A stretch of DNA of 64,000 bases from assembly GCA_964247055.1 (NCBI GenBank), contig OZ176054.1, forward strand, positions 10,602,001 to 10,666,000. The letters are read 5' to 3'. Source of the DNA: Paragordius varius. Lineage: Eukaryota > Animalia > Nematomorpha. Shown here in pieces: positions 1 through 18,896 of this stretch. The position numbers and the translations under genes were made by a program. The notes beneath the pieces were generated by a model, which saw nothing but the letters and a program-made list of their open reading frames with translations, did not search any database and had not been told where the DNA came from. Within the stretch, counting starts at the first letter, position 1. Each line of letters opens with the position of its first letter.

Positions 1-107
1 TTTTTATTATTAAGTCTTCTGTAATATTTTAACACTGTTTTAAACCATTTAAACGGTGCTGTAAATTACTTTTCAATATAACTAAATGACATTCTTTCCA
101 TATCAAA

Positions 108-1531
108 CTATATCTTTTGAAAATAATACTTTGAATAACTGTGAGATTCACTGTTGGATTTATCAAAGGTGTTGTTGTTTTTGCTGTTTGGACCTTCAGA
201 GTCATCAAAATTAGAAACATTTTCAAAATCTGGTGCCGAACAAAATGAAGTTCGCTTTTTTCTAGATTGTTGTTGCGGAACATATTTCGAATTTTGTTGT
301 TCATTGAGCAACTGAACATATTACAATAAAAATTAATATATAAAGACATAAAAAACATCAAAAATATCAGATACTTTTTCATACCATAACTTTTTTCAGA
401 TATTAATAACTGAGAATATTACCAATTTAATATATATTCCTTATTTTGCCACCCAAAAAAGTTATTGTACGGGTTCAAAAAAAATTGTTCTTGCGTATGA
501 AAAAAAAAGTTTTTCTTTATATAAAACAATTTCAATTGTTACTGTATTATGATTGATATTGGTCAAATTAGAATTTTGTTGGTGGTATTGTTGTTGTTGA
601 TTGTAAGGAATAAAATTAATATGTTGCGGATGATTTTGATTTATATTAGTATTAGGCATCAAGGGTGCACCGCCCCCTGAACAAACCCCGTTCGAGGGAA
701 TTAATACTGTAGCAGCGGAAGGTAAATTATTGTTGTTACGTAAATGTTGCGCGTTTCCATTCATTTGACACTATGTTTATATACAGAAAAATATTTTATG
801 TCCAAAAACTACTCTACATTATTAAATTTGGCTTTTATAAATGGCAAAATATGAAATAGAGATATATAAAAACATTATTTATTTATATTACATATATTTT
901 TTATATTTTTTTAAAAAAGAAATTTTTTATATAATCAAAATAATACTGAAAAAATAATAAACTTTGCCATAAAAATATATTTAATTTTAATGGTGAGCTG
1001 TATTAGACCGAAATTTCCTAATTTATTTTTAGGGTCAATTTGAATTGTTTAAGGGAAGATTTGAACTGTTTAAGGGTAAATTTGAATCTTTCGAGGGTTA
1101 ATTTGAACTGTTGGTGGGGGAATTTGAATTGTAAATGGTATATATAGATTTGTTGTTGGAAATTATTTTAAACCGATTTTTAAAATTGGCTTTTTTTATC
1201 GCATTTAAGGTGATTTTTTGCTTATTATTCTAAACTTTGGGAGATTTGCCTCGTTTAAAAGTATTCTTGTAATTGATTAAAAACAAACCGTGTAAAGAAA
1301 AAAACCCATTTTTCTCAATGTTTTACTATAAATAATGATACTATGTTGCGCTTAAAATGAGTTAAGTTACAATAATTTATCGTTAATTATTAAGTACATG
1401 AGGTGGCCCGTGATTTGCTATTATGTAACCGGTAGCCGTTGGTGGAGTGCTTACAGCAGAATACCCATTATTTTGAGCAGCAAACAGTGGAATGCACGGT
1501 GGGGATGAAGAGTGCCCCATCATTCTTTATC

Positions 1532-1579
<48 letters not shown>

Positions 1580-4500
1580 AATTAATAATTAATATCGTGT
1601 TAAAAAAATCAGGTCAAAAAAATTGATCCTAAATATGTGTTTGTATTTCCTCAAAGTTAGCCAACAATTTTTATAGACCCAAGCTCAATTTACCCATATT
1701 AAAATTATTAATATTATTAGAAAAGATCAAGCCTAAGCATGAATTCGTTCACAAACATGGGGAATGGGATCAGAATCAAGTGAATAACAATATCTTAAAA
1801 AATTTGGATTTAATTCTCCAAATTACGGTAAGAATAGAGCTAAATTAACATTGGCAAACCATAGCTCTCGAATAAAAAAGAATGTTTTTAGGACAGATTG
1901 AATAATTAAGTTTACGACAATCAAAAAGCAGGGAACCAGAACCAACGTGTAATTTTATTACAACCGCTAGAAATCAGCGGTTCGACAAGCCTTGATAGAA
2001 AAAATTCATATCTTATCAAAACATAATATTGATTTGACCGTTTAAGAACGCAAAACATCACAAATATAATATATTTGTCGAAATATACTTTAACGCCAAC
2101 CCATTTTACTGTTGTGTAAAATTTTAAGAAGGTCTGATTATAAAAAAATCATTTCTACTCATAATCCGTATAATAAATGTATATTCCTTAACATTAAACT
2201 AAAATCATAACCGTCATTTCCCAACTCTAAATTCTATGATTCAAAGCGATAAAAAATATAAAGTACTTTAGTGCGGCAAAATTGTTGTTGTGAGAATCTG
2301 CAGAGAGGGGTGGGGTAGGCATAGAGGCTATCAACATTCCCCCATTAGCCGTATGTCCAATCACCAGAGGGGAAGTTAGATATGGACCGTTACTGCTGTT
2401 TTGCGCAAAATTTTGTGTTCCAGCCAAAACATTATTATTGTTGCTAGTTAATTGATGTTGATTGGGAGGAAATGTTAGACCATTCGTATTGCCAATATTT
2501 TGTCCTATGAGACCATTTATAATGGCATTTCCTCCTAGGTAGAAAACATTACTTTTTTAGGTTTTGTAAAATATAAAATAGGGCATAATGTGTATCAAGA
2601 TTTGGGGTCTTTAAGTCAAAACGTAAATAAAAAACAACCATTTTTATAATATACTTTTAAAAAACAATTTAAACAAGTATAGCTTCTGAAATATTTGTCC
2701 GTTTTTTAAAACTGAAAATAAGTTATAATGTGTAAGTTGAATTTACTTGTTATGTTTCGCGAAAGGTTAATCATGAATGGCTTCAAAAATTAGGCTTAAA
2801 ACACCAGTCGTTTTAAATACTAAAACTAAAATGCGCCAAAGAGGTGTAATTGGTTTAATCTTTTAAAAATATTACAAACTATGTAAAATTTATATATTTG
2901 CATGATACGCATTTGGGTTTTCTGGATATCTTACTCTTTAAGACGATTAAATCTTAAATTTTTTGAATTTTGAAAATTCTTCAAAAAGTAAAAAATGACC
3001 TTAAATCATTATATTAAACTATAATGCCTTATGTGAGCAGATACAATATTTAGAAAGATGGTATCGATAACCCATTCTTAGGTAAAATTTAACTAACTAA
3101 AGCCATAAGTTCCCTAAAAATGGGGATATCATAAGTAATATCAATAGACATATTTGCCTAAAATACATGGAAATAATAGGTAATAAATCTGCTAACCCTT
3201 GTTGGAATTTGGATCCCTGAATGTCCCATTCAAAATGGCTAACTCCATTAATTGCATTTTTTTCAGTTCATCTTCCCCTTCAGCCTATAAGGAAAAAGAT
3301 AAAAATTTAGGTTTTACCGCTGGAACTAAAAGTTTTTCAATTTCTTTTTTAGCCCGTTCGATACGTAACTTTGCACGTTCTTCCGTATCCTCTACGTTAA
3401 TCAATACGTGTAATTCCTCATTCAAATGTTCCCAATTGGGTTTACCTTTATTAGCTTCTTCCTGTGTGATTTATATAAAAATAATTATTATTGAATGTTT
3501 TTGTTGATAAATTTCAATACACCTTTTTAACAATTCTAGTCATGTCACGAATGCCTAGTATTATACAGTCATGTATCCTTTATTTATCAAAAATTTATTT
3601 TTTTCGTTAAATGGGTATAAATATTTGATAAAGAATGGAAAAAACAAGAGCTCTATGGTATTAACAATATCATATTCTTAAAAATTTATACCCATTTAAC
3701 GAAAGAAAATAGATTTTTGATAAAATAAAGGATATATGAGTGTAAATATGAGTTCAAATTTTTTAACTGACAATTTCGATTTTTGTATATATGTAATAAT
3801 TCAGGCTCAGTTAGCCGATCCGTAAGACAATAACGAAAACACCAAATTGTTGAAATCAGACTTTTTTCTACTAATTATGCACAACATTAACTTTAATCAG
3901 GGGTGTCCAACACAAATGGCTTTACAGGCCGCATTTTAATTCAAAAAACTAGTTCTTGCCAATCGGTATTAGACTTGTGTATAAAAATAGCATGTGAAAT
4001 ATCAATTTGAATGAAATTTATTGCAGTGATGTATCCTTTATTTTATCGAAAATTTATTTTTTTCATTAAATGGGAAAAAAAGAGCTCTTGTTGTATGTCT
4101 TATAGAATAAATTAATTATATTATTCACCAATTGGCTAAAATAATTTTGGTTTTTTTGTGATATATAAGTTTTTTATACTTGATAAAATATGAATGTAAT
4201 GATAAAAAAATAAATTTTCTTTAAAATATGAGTGAACAAAAAAAAAATTTTCTTGAAATAATAAATTTTAGTAACTTTCTCGCTGGCCGTATATAACTGA
4301 TTTATTACTATAATTGACAGGGCCCCAGGGTCGCTACTACCTCCTGGTACACTCTTGTCCTCTCGCCTCTACCACCCCACTAAATTGATTAGGGTGTGCA
4401 CCTTTTACAAAAGGTACACAAAGCTTTTCCCCCTACAGGGAGGAATTGAAGCCTGCACGCACACACGCGCTCCCTAGTAAGGAGGGGAGAGGAGGGGGAA

Positions 4501-7386
4501 AGAAAGCGCACACACGAAGGGACAACCCAAACACTGAGAGTGAGGGCCCTGTGCTTTGCCGAAAAATTTTCTTAATGGACTCCACGCCTCCTAGCCCATA
4601 TTTCTATGGTAGCTAGGGTGAAGCCTGCAAACAAGTTTTATTTTCCTTACTCATTAGATTTAGGCACGAAATAGGCTGGAAATATTGCCTTCAAATATCC
4701 AGCGGTTTATAAAATTATCCCGAAACGATTTAAATTACTACTTGTGTGATGCGACATATTACAAAAATTTATTACAATTAAGTGTTACAATTAAAAAAAC
4801 TTCTTTCTTATTATTATTTAAGAACTTAAACGCCATCTAATTATTTATAAATAGTATTGGTTTTTTTGTGGTATTCGCATTGATAAGCTATGGGTTTAGG
4901 CGCATGTTAATCATGGAAATACGTAATGTTTTAGGGAAAATTTAACGCATTTTTTACACGTGCCAGATGTAAAAATATGGTGAAAATTTAATTATCATCA
5001 GACTAACCCAAATAAATATTAAAAGTATTATATCATTATTCAACGATATAATTTTTTTATTTTAAGAAAGTAAAATAATTAATATAAAATATCTTTCCAA
5101 TCAATTCAATATCGATATCATAAAAGAATATATTTTACATAACAAAGCACCTTAATACATTAATTAAACAACATACAAAGGTGTGTGTTTTCTTTTCATT
5201 ACAATATGGCAAAAAACGCATTTGTCATTGACATTGAAAAAATCTTTATTTATATTCCTTAATTCTTACTCATTAAAAAAAATCGTATTAAGCAGGTGAT
5301 TAATTATATATCATTAATTATTGGGTGATGTGATAGTGTAAGAGTAAAAAGCACTTAAAAAGATGGTTTTTTGTATTACATTGAAGAAAGTATTAGATTG
5401 TGGTTTTTAACAAATCCTAAGTTAATACTTTATAAATAATTTTGGAAAAGTTAATATACATTAGCATTACCTTTTTCTTATCACGCATGGAACCGCGACC
5501 CCGAATCATAATTTTACATCCAGTTTCTTGTTCCAGGTGTTTGGCCGTTAACCCTCTTGGTCCCAAGATACGGCCAATAAAATTAAACTAAAAAAAATAT
5601 TATATACTAGAATCACAAACCAATGTACATTAATTGGCCATTTTTTATATGGCTTATTTCGCGGGTGTTAATAAACCATTTTAATACGTGCAGCAAACGA
5701 ATATGGTAATATCATGTGATAAGCTAAAAGTCATGAAACGAATATTTAGCTATATGGTTATAATACCATTTACAATTCAATTTCATACTTGAACAATTCA
5801 AATTGACCCTCAAATAATTTATTTTTTTTTAAATAAAAATTACCTATATTTTAATATATTAAAATAATACTGAAAAAATAATAAACCATGTTATAAAAAT
5901 ATATTTTATATTAATAATGAGTTATATTAAACACATATTTGTTTTTTAGGGTGAATTTGAATTGTTCAAGGGTGAATTTGAACTGTAAATGGTATATTAA
6001 TTTGCTTATTGAAAAATTAAAAACAAGACCTCTCACAAGAACAATTAACTTTATAAATGAAAAATTATTTGAAAAAAACCTATAAAATGTTTAATTACTT
6101 CGGGATATTCTTTGACCGGGACAAATATTTTATCCGTTAATATAATTTTGGGTCCCTCAGGCTCGGGTAGAGTTAAGGGTTCATTGTCACTAGCACAGTT
6201 GGCATTGAGCAAATGACTCCGTACCTTTCCAATTTCTAAACAAATTTTAGAAAATTTATTTTTTAATTTTCCACTAGTCTACTTAAAAACTTTCGAATGG
6301 CGGACGGATTGTAATAAACCGTATACTTAGCATCTTTCATTTTAATCCAATATATTTTTTTTAGTTTATAATACTTTTTTTATGTATTAGTTGTTTTATG
6401 ATAAAATATATATAATTATATATATAGATTACTAATGTGTTTGTGGAAATGGATTGGATTGAGCGCATCTGGTCTGTTAATTTTTTTTCATTAAAAAAAA
6501 TGAACTCATAAAACAATACGTATAACATTATATTTTGGTGATTAATGATATTTATAACTATGCCAATATTGTAAAAGATTAACGCTAACTATATTTATTA
6601 ATTTATATATATATGCATAAAATATAAATGATTTGCGCCAATTAACGGTTTTTTTTTTCAAAATTGAAACAAATAAATATTTAATATCGGTTCACATTAT
6701 TATGCAAGCATAATCTATTTGCTAATGATTTTTATGAGTGGGGAAAAAAATAAAAGAGGGAGAGATGGGTTAGAAACGGCCAAATCTATATGTCATTTCT
6801 TTAAAATATATTTTTTTTCAATTGTAATTTGAAAGTTTGAAATTAAAAAAAAAGTTAATCAGTTAAAAAATAATGAATTTTAAACATATATGTCTAGCAT
6901 TCAAACCACGGTCCTAAAATGTTTTGTGCTGAAATCCTTATTTTTAATATAAATATCTGCAAATGTAGCAAACAACAGATTTATATCGGTATGGCCGTTA
7001 AGACAAATACTTTTTGTTGATTTGTATCACTGGTCTAAAAATGATACTAAGATACTAGTTTTTTGGAAAAATATTTCAAAAAGTTTGTTTTATTCTGCAA
7101 ATATACCGTCATCAAGCAACCGGTCCACATGAATGAATGTGGTCGGAGGAAAAACCGACAATTGTTTTTTGTCTTTGAGCAATTGGGCCAAATAATCCGT
7201 ATTATTTGAGGGATGATTTGAAACGTTTTCATGTTGATTTGAGTGAAATGGGTCTCCGCCATTTAAAAAAGTATTTTTACCCGGATAGCTGGTGAGGTTG
7301 AAATAATTATTTATATGAGGTGGAGATGATGATTTGACAAAACTGTTATGAGGGTTATTTATGATAGGATTTAGTTGTTCAATCAT
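108..7386 (-). CDS. QKI: Quaking/held-out-wings (STAR family, QUA1-KH-QUA2) RNA-binding protein, 9 predicted exons
   Basis: Exons with GT-AG boundaries and consistent phases: 7386-7107 ([28 protein letters not shown]1), 6235-6099 ([17 protein letters not shown]), 5587-5471 ([41 protein letters not shown]), 3461-3318 ([21 protein letters not shown]..), 3284-3197 ([27 protein letters not shown]2), then low-complexity tail exons 2534-2267, 1524-1398, 770-543, 311-108. Core motifs closely match QKI/How as I recall them. The start codon and terminal exon are less certain. Confidence 0.95.
880..1142. mobile_element. MITE family A copy (one arm eroded), in QKI intron
   Basis: Ends in ...GAATTGTAAATGGTATA after several 21-bp AGGGTGAATTTGAATTGTTCA-type units; internal AT-rich core matches 20110-20240. 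Confidence 0.8.
1535..1577. repeat. (TA)n microsatellite next to the QKI splice acceptor at 1525
   Basis: Pure TA run directly visible. Confidence 0.95.
3566..3742. mobile_element. Small hairpin MITE (family D), TA-flanked
   Basis: Left arm CAGTCATGTATCCTTTATTTATCAAAAAT..GTTAAATGGGTATAAAT pairs with right arm ATTTATACCCATTTAAC..TTTTGATAAAATAAAGGATATATGAGTG; TA on both sides; partial second copy near 4023-4090. Confidence 0.75.
3898..3945 (+). mobile_element. hAT (Buster/Charlie-type) terminal fragment
   Basis: CAGGGGTGTCCAACAC...GGCCGCAT resembles Buster-family hAT ends and the 36996 element in this window; no clear partner end. Confidence 0.4.
4280..4630. other. GC-rich, hairpin-rich island in QKI intron, identity unknown
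   Basis: Roughly half G+C against an AT-rich background; contains inverted repeats, a purine tract and a repeated TGAAGCCTGCA motif. Confidence 0.5.
5763..5996. mobile_element. MITE family A copy in QKI intron
   Basis: TIRs ATACCATTTACAATTCAA... / ...GAACTGTAAATGGTATA; 21-bp subterminal units. Confidence 0.85.
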
Positions 7387-8038
7387 ATTACAGGCTAGCA
7401 ATTGAATGTAAAGTTAGTTTTTGAAGCGATAAAAATTTGGCGAGATGCGGTTTCAAACGAATATATAATATAATGATAATATTTTAAAGGATAAGATTAG
7501 TATGATATATAAGATATTCACGATAGTAAAGTCATAAAGGTTAGGGGAAATTTAGTGTGGAGGAAAAAAATTCCTGTTAAATCATAAGTTAGCGTTATGA
7601 ATTTTCAAAATTATGTTGGTTCGTAGTTAGTTATCATTTCTGATAAGTTTAGTAAACAGCATTTAATATATTAATAAATTTAAAAATAAATTAAATTATA
7701 ATAGCTTGTTTTTAAAGGCTAATTTATAAAAAATGGAGATAAACTAAAAATATATAAATATAAACAATTAAATTAAATAACATTGTTTACTTGAGAGTAG
7801 ATGCAAAACGAATTACATTGTTTGACGTTTTGTATGAATTATGTAATATTTTGTACTAAATAAAATTTTTTTATTTGATTTTGCGGTGCAATATTTAAAA
7901 TATACATAAGAAGATGCAAAAATTTAAATCTAGCCGCAAGGCTCATCATATGGTTTTAAACGCTTATGGATTAAATTTTAAGATTATTAATATTTTATAT
8001 TTCAATGTTTCCTTATATTTAGGCATATCCACAACAAT

Positions 8039-8622
8039 TTAACACTTCTTCAAATTGGGGTATCTAAATACCCCAGACTAAATTTAAATTAAAATTTTTA
8101 AAAAATCACTGAAGGAAACGGTCCCAATTTAAATTTATGCTTCTATCCTGATAAATATTATATAAATATGCCAAAATATCTTGATAAAATTTTGTTTTGA
8201 AAAAAAGTTCCATCTCAAACTACTTCGACGCCATTTTTATTTTACAAAAATTTTGCAAAATATCGTCTTCATTTAATTTTAAGGGAAAACTAAAGCTAAT
8301 TTTTATATAAATTATATCTAACATTGATAGCAATAGAAAAAGCGGTTTATTTTGTATAATTTTTTAATTTACAATTTGACACATGTCACGTTGACTAAAT
8401 TTTTAGCTTTCAGTTTTAGCTCAAAATAAGTAATATCAAGTATTTTTGAATAAAATTTTTTATATATTTCGGTTTATTAATGTTATATAAGTGCAAAATT
8501 TTGCCATGGTTTCGATTGCTTCCATACTTTTTAAAGTATTTGATTTTAAACTGGCCTGGGGTATCCAACTACCCCAATTTGAATCGAAGGACTAAAATGA
8601 GTGTGTTGTATCCAAGTGTTAA
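8039..8622 (+). mobile_element. TTAA-flanked (piggyBac-like) MITE, family B, copy 1
   Basis: TTAA|CACTT...AAGTG|TTAA ends; subterminal inverted TTCAAATTGGGGTA..TACCCCAG motifs; three more copies nearby. Confidence 0.75.
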
Positions 8623-8958
8623 TAAAAAAATGTAATACACTAAAACTTGGCTATTTAAAGTGCTCATCACCTTTTCTTGAAAAATATTCTATAAAAATAT
8701 TATTCAAAATTTTTGGGGTTAAAATATCTAGACAATTTATCTTGCCGATATGTTTATCTGGATGCGCATGTTACTCTAGTGAGGTCGACAAATTTAAGAA
8801 AGCTATTACCACGTTAGCCCTATCTGGTTACAAATTCAGGGGGTATATCAAACCTTTAGCTAAATAATAATTTCGGTCACAGTGCCTTATATAAAATACA
8901 ATTAAAATATTTTGAATTTTAACTTTTTGACGAAGTCTCATTTAGGACTATTGATTCC

Positions 8959-9730
8959 TTATACTAGGATACAATACAACACATTCATTTCGGTCGGTCG
9001 ATATGAATTGGGGTCGTTAGAAGACCCAGGCTGTTTAAATATAAATACTTAAAAAATACGAAACCATGGCAAAAGCTTGCAATATAACATTTATGAACCG
9101 AAATATCAGGGCGTAGCTTATAGCGCCCGATGCATGAATCCGTGATGACGCTCCCTCCCCTCCTTGCCACCCGTTGCATCTTAAGACCATCTTGAAACGG
9201 TAGCGCTAATTTTATGTATTATTTAATATAACTTTTAAATTTATTTTATCAAATTAAAAAATTGGCGTATGGCACCACGTGCATAGACCCATTCACCTTT
9301 AAGCTACCTCTGAAAAATTTACAAATTCATTCAAAATACTTGATTTTACTTATTTAAAGTAAAACACAAGGTAAAAATTTAGTCAAAAAAGGCATTTGTG
9401 CTTTAGCTAGCCTTAATTTTTCAAAATAATCCATTTTTTCTCTTTCTATGTAGGCTGGTGTTTTAAATAAAAAATTAGCTTTAATATAGCTTTAAAATCA
9501 AATAAACACGGTATTTTACAAAAATGTTGTCAGAAAAAATGGCATCGAAGTTGTGTGATATGGAACCTTTTGAAAACTAAGTTTTATTTTGATATTTTGG
9601 CTTATTTATATAAAATCATGATAGAAGAAAGACCTTTAATCGGGTCTGTTTCTTTCAGTTGTTTTTTGAAAATATCGATTTAGGTATTGTTTGGGGTATT
9701 TAGATATCTAATTTTGAATGAAGGTGTTAA
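8959..9730 (-). mobile_element. Family B MITE copy (reverse, diverged) carrying a ~200-bp insertion
   Basis: Reverse-complement similarity to 8039-8622 along its length; ends ...GAAGGTGTTAA at 9730. Confidence 0.65.
9107..9312. mobile_element. Small GC-richer TIR element (hAT-like ends) inserted in a family B copy
   Basis: Left CAGGGCGTAGCTTA and right TAAGCTACCTCTG are imperfect inverted repeats; flanks rejoin to the family B sequence; no clean TSD. Confidence 0.5.
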
Positions 9731-10223
9731 AATTTCAAAGCGGTTATTGGGCTCTAAATCTTTATATGCTAAATTTTGACACCAAAAGCTTTTTGCAAAA
9801 AATTGAATATTTTGCTAAAAATATATATATAGCAAAATTTGGGGGGGGGGACCGATTTAGATTTTGAAGAATGGTAATTAGGTAATGAATGTTTAAAATA
9901 TTATATATATGAAGGATGCTGAGCAATTCTTTAACACTAGGATAGAACACATTCATTTTAGTCCTTTGATAAATTGGGATAGTTAAATACCCCAGGCTGT
10001 TTAAAATTAAATTCTTCTAGAAATATGGAAGGAATCGAAACCATTGCAAAATTTTGCACTTATATAACATTAATAAACCGAAAACAAAAACCGAAAGGTA
10101 GAAATTTAGTGAATGTGATATGTGTGTAATGGTAAAATTAGAAAATAATACAAAATTAATTGTTGTTTCTAATTCTATCGATGTTAGATGTAATATAAAT
10201 AAAAAATTAGTTTTAATTTTACC

Positions 10224-11868
10224 TTAACACTTCGATTCAAATTGTGGTACTAAATACCCCAGTCTATTTTAGGATTTGTAAAAACTACTGAAGGAAACGG
10301 TCCCTATTTATATTAATGCTTCTATCCTAATAAAATTTATATAAATACGCCAAATTATCTAAATATTTTGTTTTGAAAGAAAAAGTTCCATCTTTTTGCA
10401 AAATTGCAAATGGTTTCTTTAAATTTTAAAGGTAAAATTAAAAGTAATTTTTTATTTAAATTATTAACATTAATAGTAATAGAAAAAGCGGTTTATTTTG
10501 TAATATTTTATAATTTATTGCACACATGTCACGCTGAAAATTTTTACCTTTCGGTTTAGCTTAAAATATGTAATATCAAGTATTATTGAATAATTTTTTT
10601 TTATTCTATATATTTATATAGAAAATGCTGGCTTTGTGATCTGGTACCGGAAAACCGGTAGACCCTATCCAATCCAAATATCGAAAAAATGTAATCATTA
10701 ATAAATGTCCCGACAATAGCTTAGCCCTTTTTTTGAAATAGGCCCCCGGTTCGGGCACACCCCGTGTGAAAAACGGTTTTTTTTGTAAACAAAAGTCCAC
10801 AAAAATCATGTCTTTGAGATAATTTTCTGGAGAACCTGTTGGTCCATTCAATTTCAAATATTTTTGTTTACTTATTTTTGATTGCGCTGAACATAGTCGT
10901 CTCGCTTTTTTGATTTAGGCCCTATCTTTACCCGCTCTCCGTAAAATGCCTATTTTTTTCAAAAAAAAGTACACAAAATAATTTTTTGATTTTTTTGCCC
11001 AAGGTGTGAGACTGTAAAAATTCAATAGGGATTTTTCGTATTCCCTGTTAAAAGGCAAAAATTTTAGTCAAGCGTTTCTTTGATGATAGCTGCTGAGTAA
11101 GGAGTGTCTATCATATGTATAGGATGTTAAAAAATATATGGATAATAAAACATTATTTATGATAATCTATATATTTATAAAAATGGAAAATGCTGGCTTT
11201 GTGATTTGTTACCGGAAAACAGCTAGACCCTATCCAATCCAAATATCGAAAAAATTTAATCATAAATGAATGCCCCGACAATAGCTTCGCCCTTTTTTTG
11301 AAATAGGCCCCCAGTTCGGGCCCACCCCGTGTGAAAAACGGGTTGAGACAATTTTCCGGAGAATGTGTTGGACCATTCAATTTCAAATATGATTTTTGTT
11401 TACTTATTTTTGATCGCGCTGAACATAGTCGACTCACTTTTTTGATTTAGGCCCTCTTTTTACCCGCTATCCCCGTAAAATGCCATTTTTTTCAAAAAAA
11501 CAAAGTCCACAAAAATAATTTTTAAATCTATTTTTCCCCAATTATATTAGGGTGAATGCTCCGTTTTAATTCCAATGTTTCGAAATAATCCACATATGTG
11601 GATCATTTTTTGTCCCTTATTTCAAATAGCCCTCCCCCCAGAAGTCCGAAAGACTTCCTCGGGCTGCGTAGCAGCACGAGATTTACGCCAGTTATTGGAT
11701 AAATTTTTTTTATTTCGGTTTATTAATGTTATATAAGTGCAAAATTTTGCAATGGTTTCGATTCCTTTCATATTTTTTAAAGAATTTAATTTTAAACAGA
11801 CCAGGTGTATTTAATTACCCCAATTTGAATCGAAGGATTAAAATAAATGTGTTGTATCCAAGTGTTAA
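10224..11868 (+). mobile_element. Family B MITE nested in another family B copy with TTAA duplication; itself interrupted by a 1.1-kb insert
   Basis: TTAA at 10224-10227 and 11865-11868; arms 10228-10600 and 11692-11864 match copy 1. Confidence 0.75.
10600..11691 (+). mobile_element. Helitron/Helentron-like non-autonomous insert with an internal tandem duplication
   Basis: Two diverged direct units (about 10600-10990 and 11165-11530); 3' end has GC hairpin CTCGGGCTGC-GTA-GCAGCACGAG followed 7 nt later by CCAG|T (degenerate CTRR). Confidence 0.45.
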
Positions 11869-12619
11869 AATTAAATGAAGACGATATTTTGCAAAAATCC
11901 GTAAAATAAAAATGGCGTCGAAATAGTTTGACATGGAACTTTTTTCAAAAAATCTTATTTAGATTTTTTGGCATATTTATATAATATATATTAGTATAGA
12001 AGAATAAATTTAAATTAGGACCGTTTCCTTCAGTAGTTTTTTAAATAATGCCGATAAAAGTTTGGTGTTCACACATATTTAATTTTTATTTAATAAGTCC
12101 TTGGGGGCCATAAAAATACTATAGGGATGCATGCTGTCCGTGGGCTTATTTTGGTATCACTGATAAACAAGTTTTTTACTTGATATCAGAGAAGAGGGTT
12201 TTGATAACTTAACTTTAAACTTAACAATTACGGTTTTTTATTGACCTAAAATGAAATTTTCCACGATAATATGAAGAAAATAAAGCGTTATCATTGGAGG
12301 ATTTTTATTTCTATAAAGATATATTTTAAATTATATATAAGCTATATAGGTGTAGTTGGATATTAATATTTTCTTCAAGTTAGATTTATAATAAACTTTA
12401 TCTCTATTTGATAAAAAGCATAAGATAGTAGTTTACACCAATATGTGAGAGACAAACGAATCTGACATATAAATCTTTTATTCTTTTTAGCGCCTTTTAG
12501 CTATAGTATTGTTTAAGCATGAATGGATTTTATAAAAGCACGTCTGAAAAAATATTATTACGATCGCATGGTTTTCACGCATTGCTAAAACTCTGCTGCA
12601 TATTGAATTCTGAGTCGTA

Positions 12620-18455
<5,836 letters not shown>

Positions 18456-18765
18456 TGAATCCCAAAAAAATATGAAAAGAAAAAAACCATCAATAGATTA
18501 CATAAGAGTTTTTAAATTCCTGGCTTTTCTGCAAAGAAAATATATGTATAAATATTAGTCACTAACAAATGATTTATTTCTCAAAAAAATTGATATAAAT
18601 TTCTACCATGACAATTAATATAAAAATTTAAAAAGTTTAAATTAATATAAAACTAAAATTTTGTAGTATATTACAAACATTTATAGTTTAAAACAATGTA
18701 TCAATTTTAGCATAATAAAACACCATATATTTAATGTAGTATTTTGTATTAAGGGTATTTTTTCC

Positions 18766-18862
18766 TATATTAATGGTTGCTCATTCCACACTATTGTAGG
18801 GGGCAATTTGCAACACAGTAGCGTATGGAAAAAACAAAAAGAAAGGTTGAATAAACAATTTG

Positions 18863-18896
<34 letters not shown>

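Larger units (their letters stand above)
9931..12070 (-). mobile_element. Family B MITE copy (reverse), split by a nested family B copy
   Basis: 9931-10227 and 11865-12070 join into one reverse copy (..TTTACC|TTAA|AATTAAATGAAGACG..) once 10228-11868 is removed. Confidence 0.75.

Noticed and set aside
3199-3507. Plus-strand ORFs overlapping real exons (3199-3507, 25248-25430, 43456-43653, 61673-62028, etc.)
   Set aside because: They are antisense or alternate-frame shadows of minus-strand coding exons.
4530-4575. Hammerhead ribozyme-like CTGAGAG...GAAA
   Set aside because: The core deviates from CUGANGA, and stems I and II pair poorly.
10606-11437. Two similar ORFs (10606-10857, 11153-11437) as a duplicated gene
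   Set aside because: They lie in the tandem units of a repeat insert, have frame differences between units and show no protein-family features.
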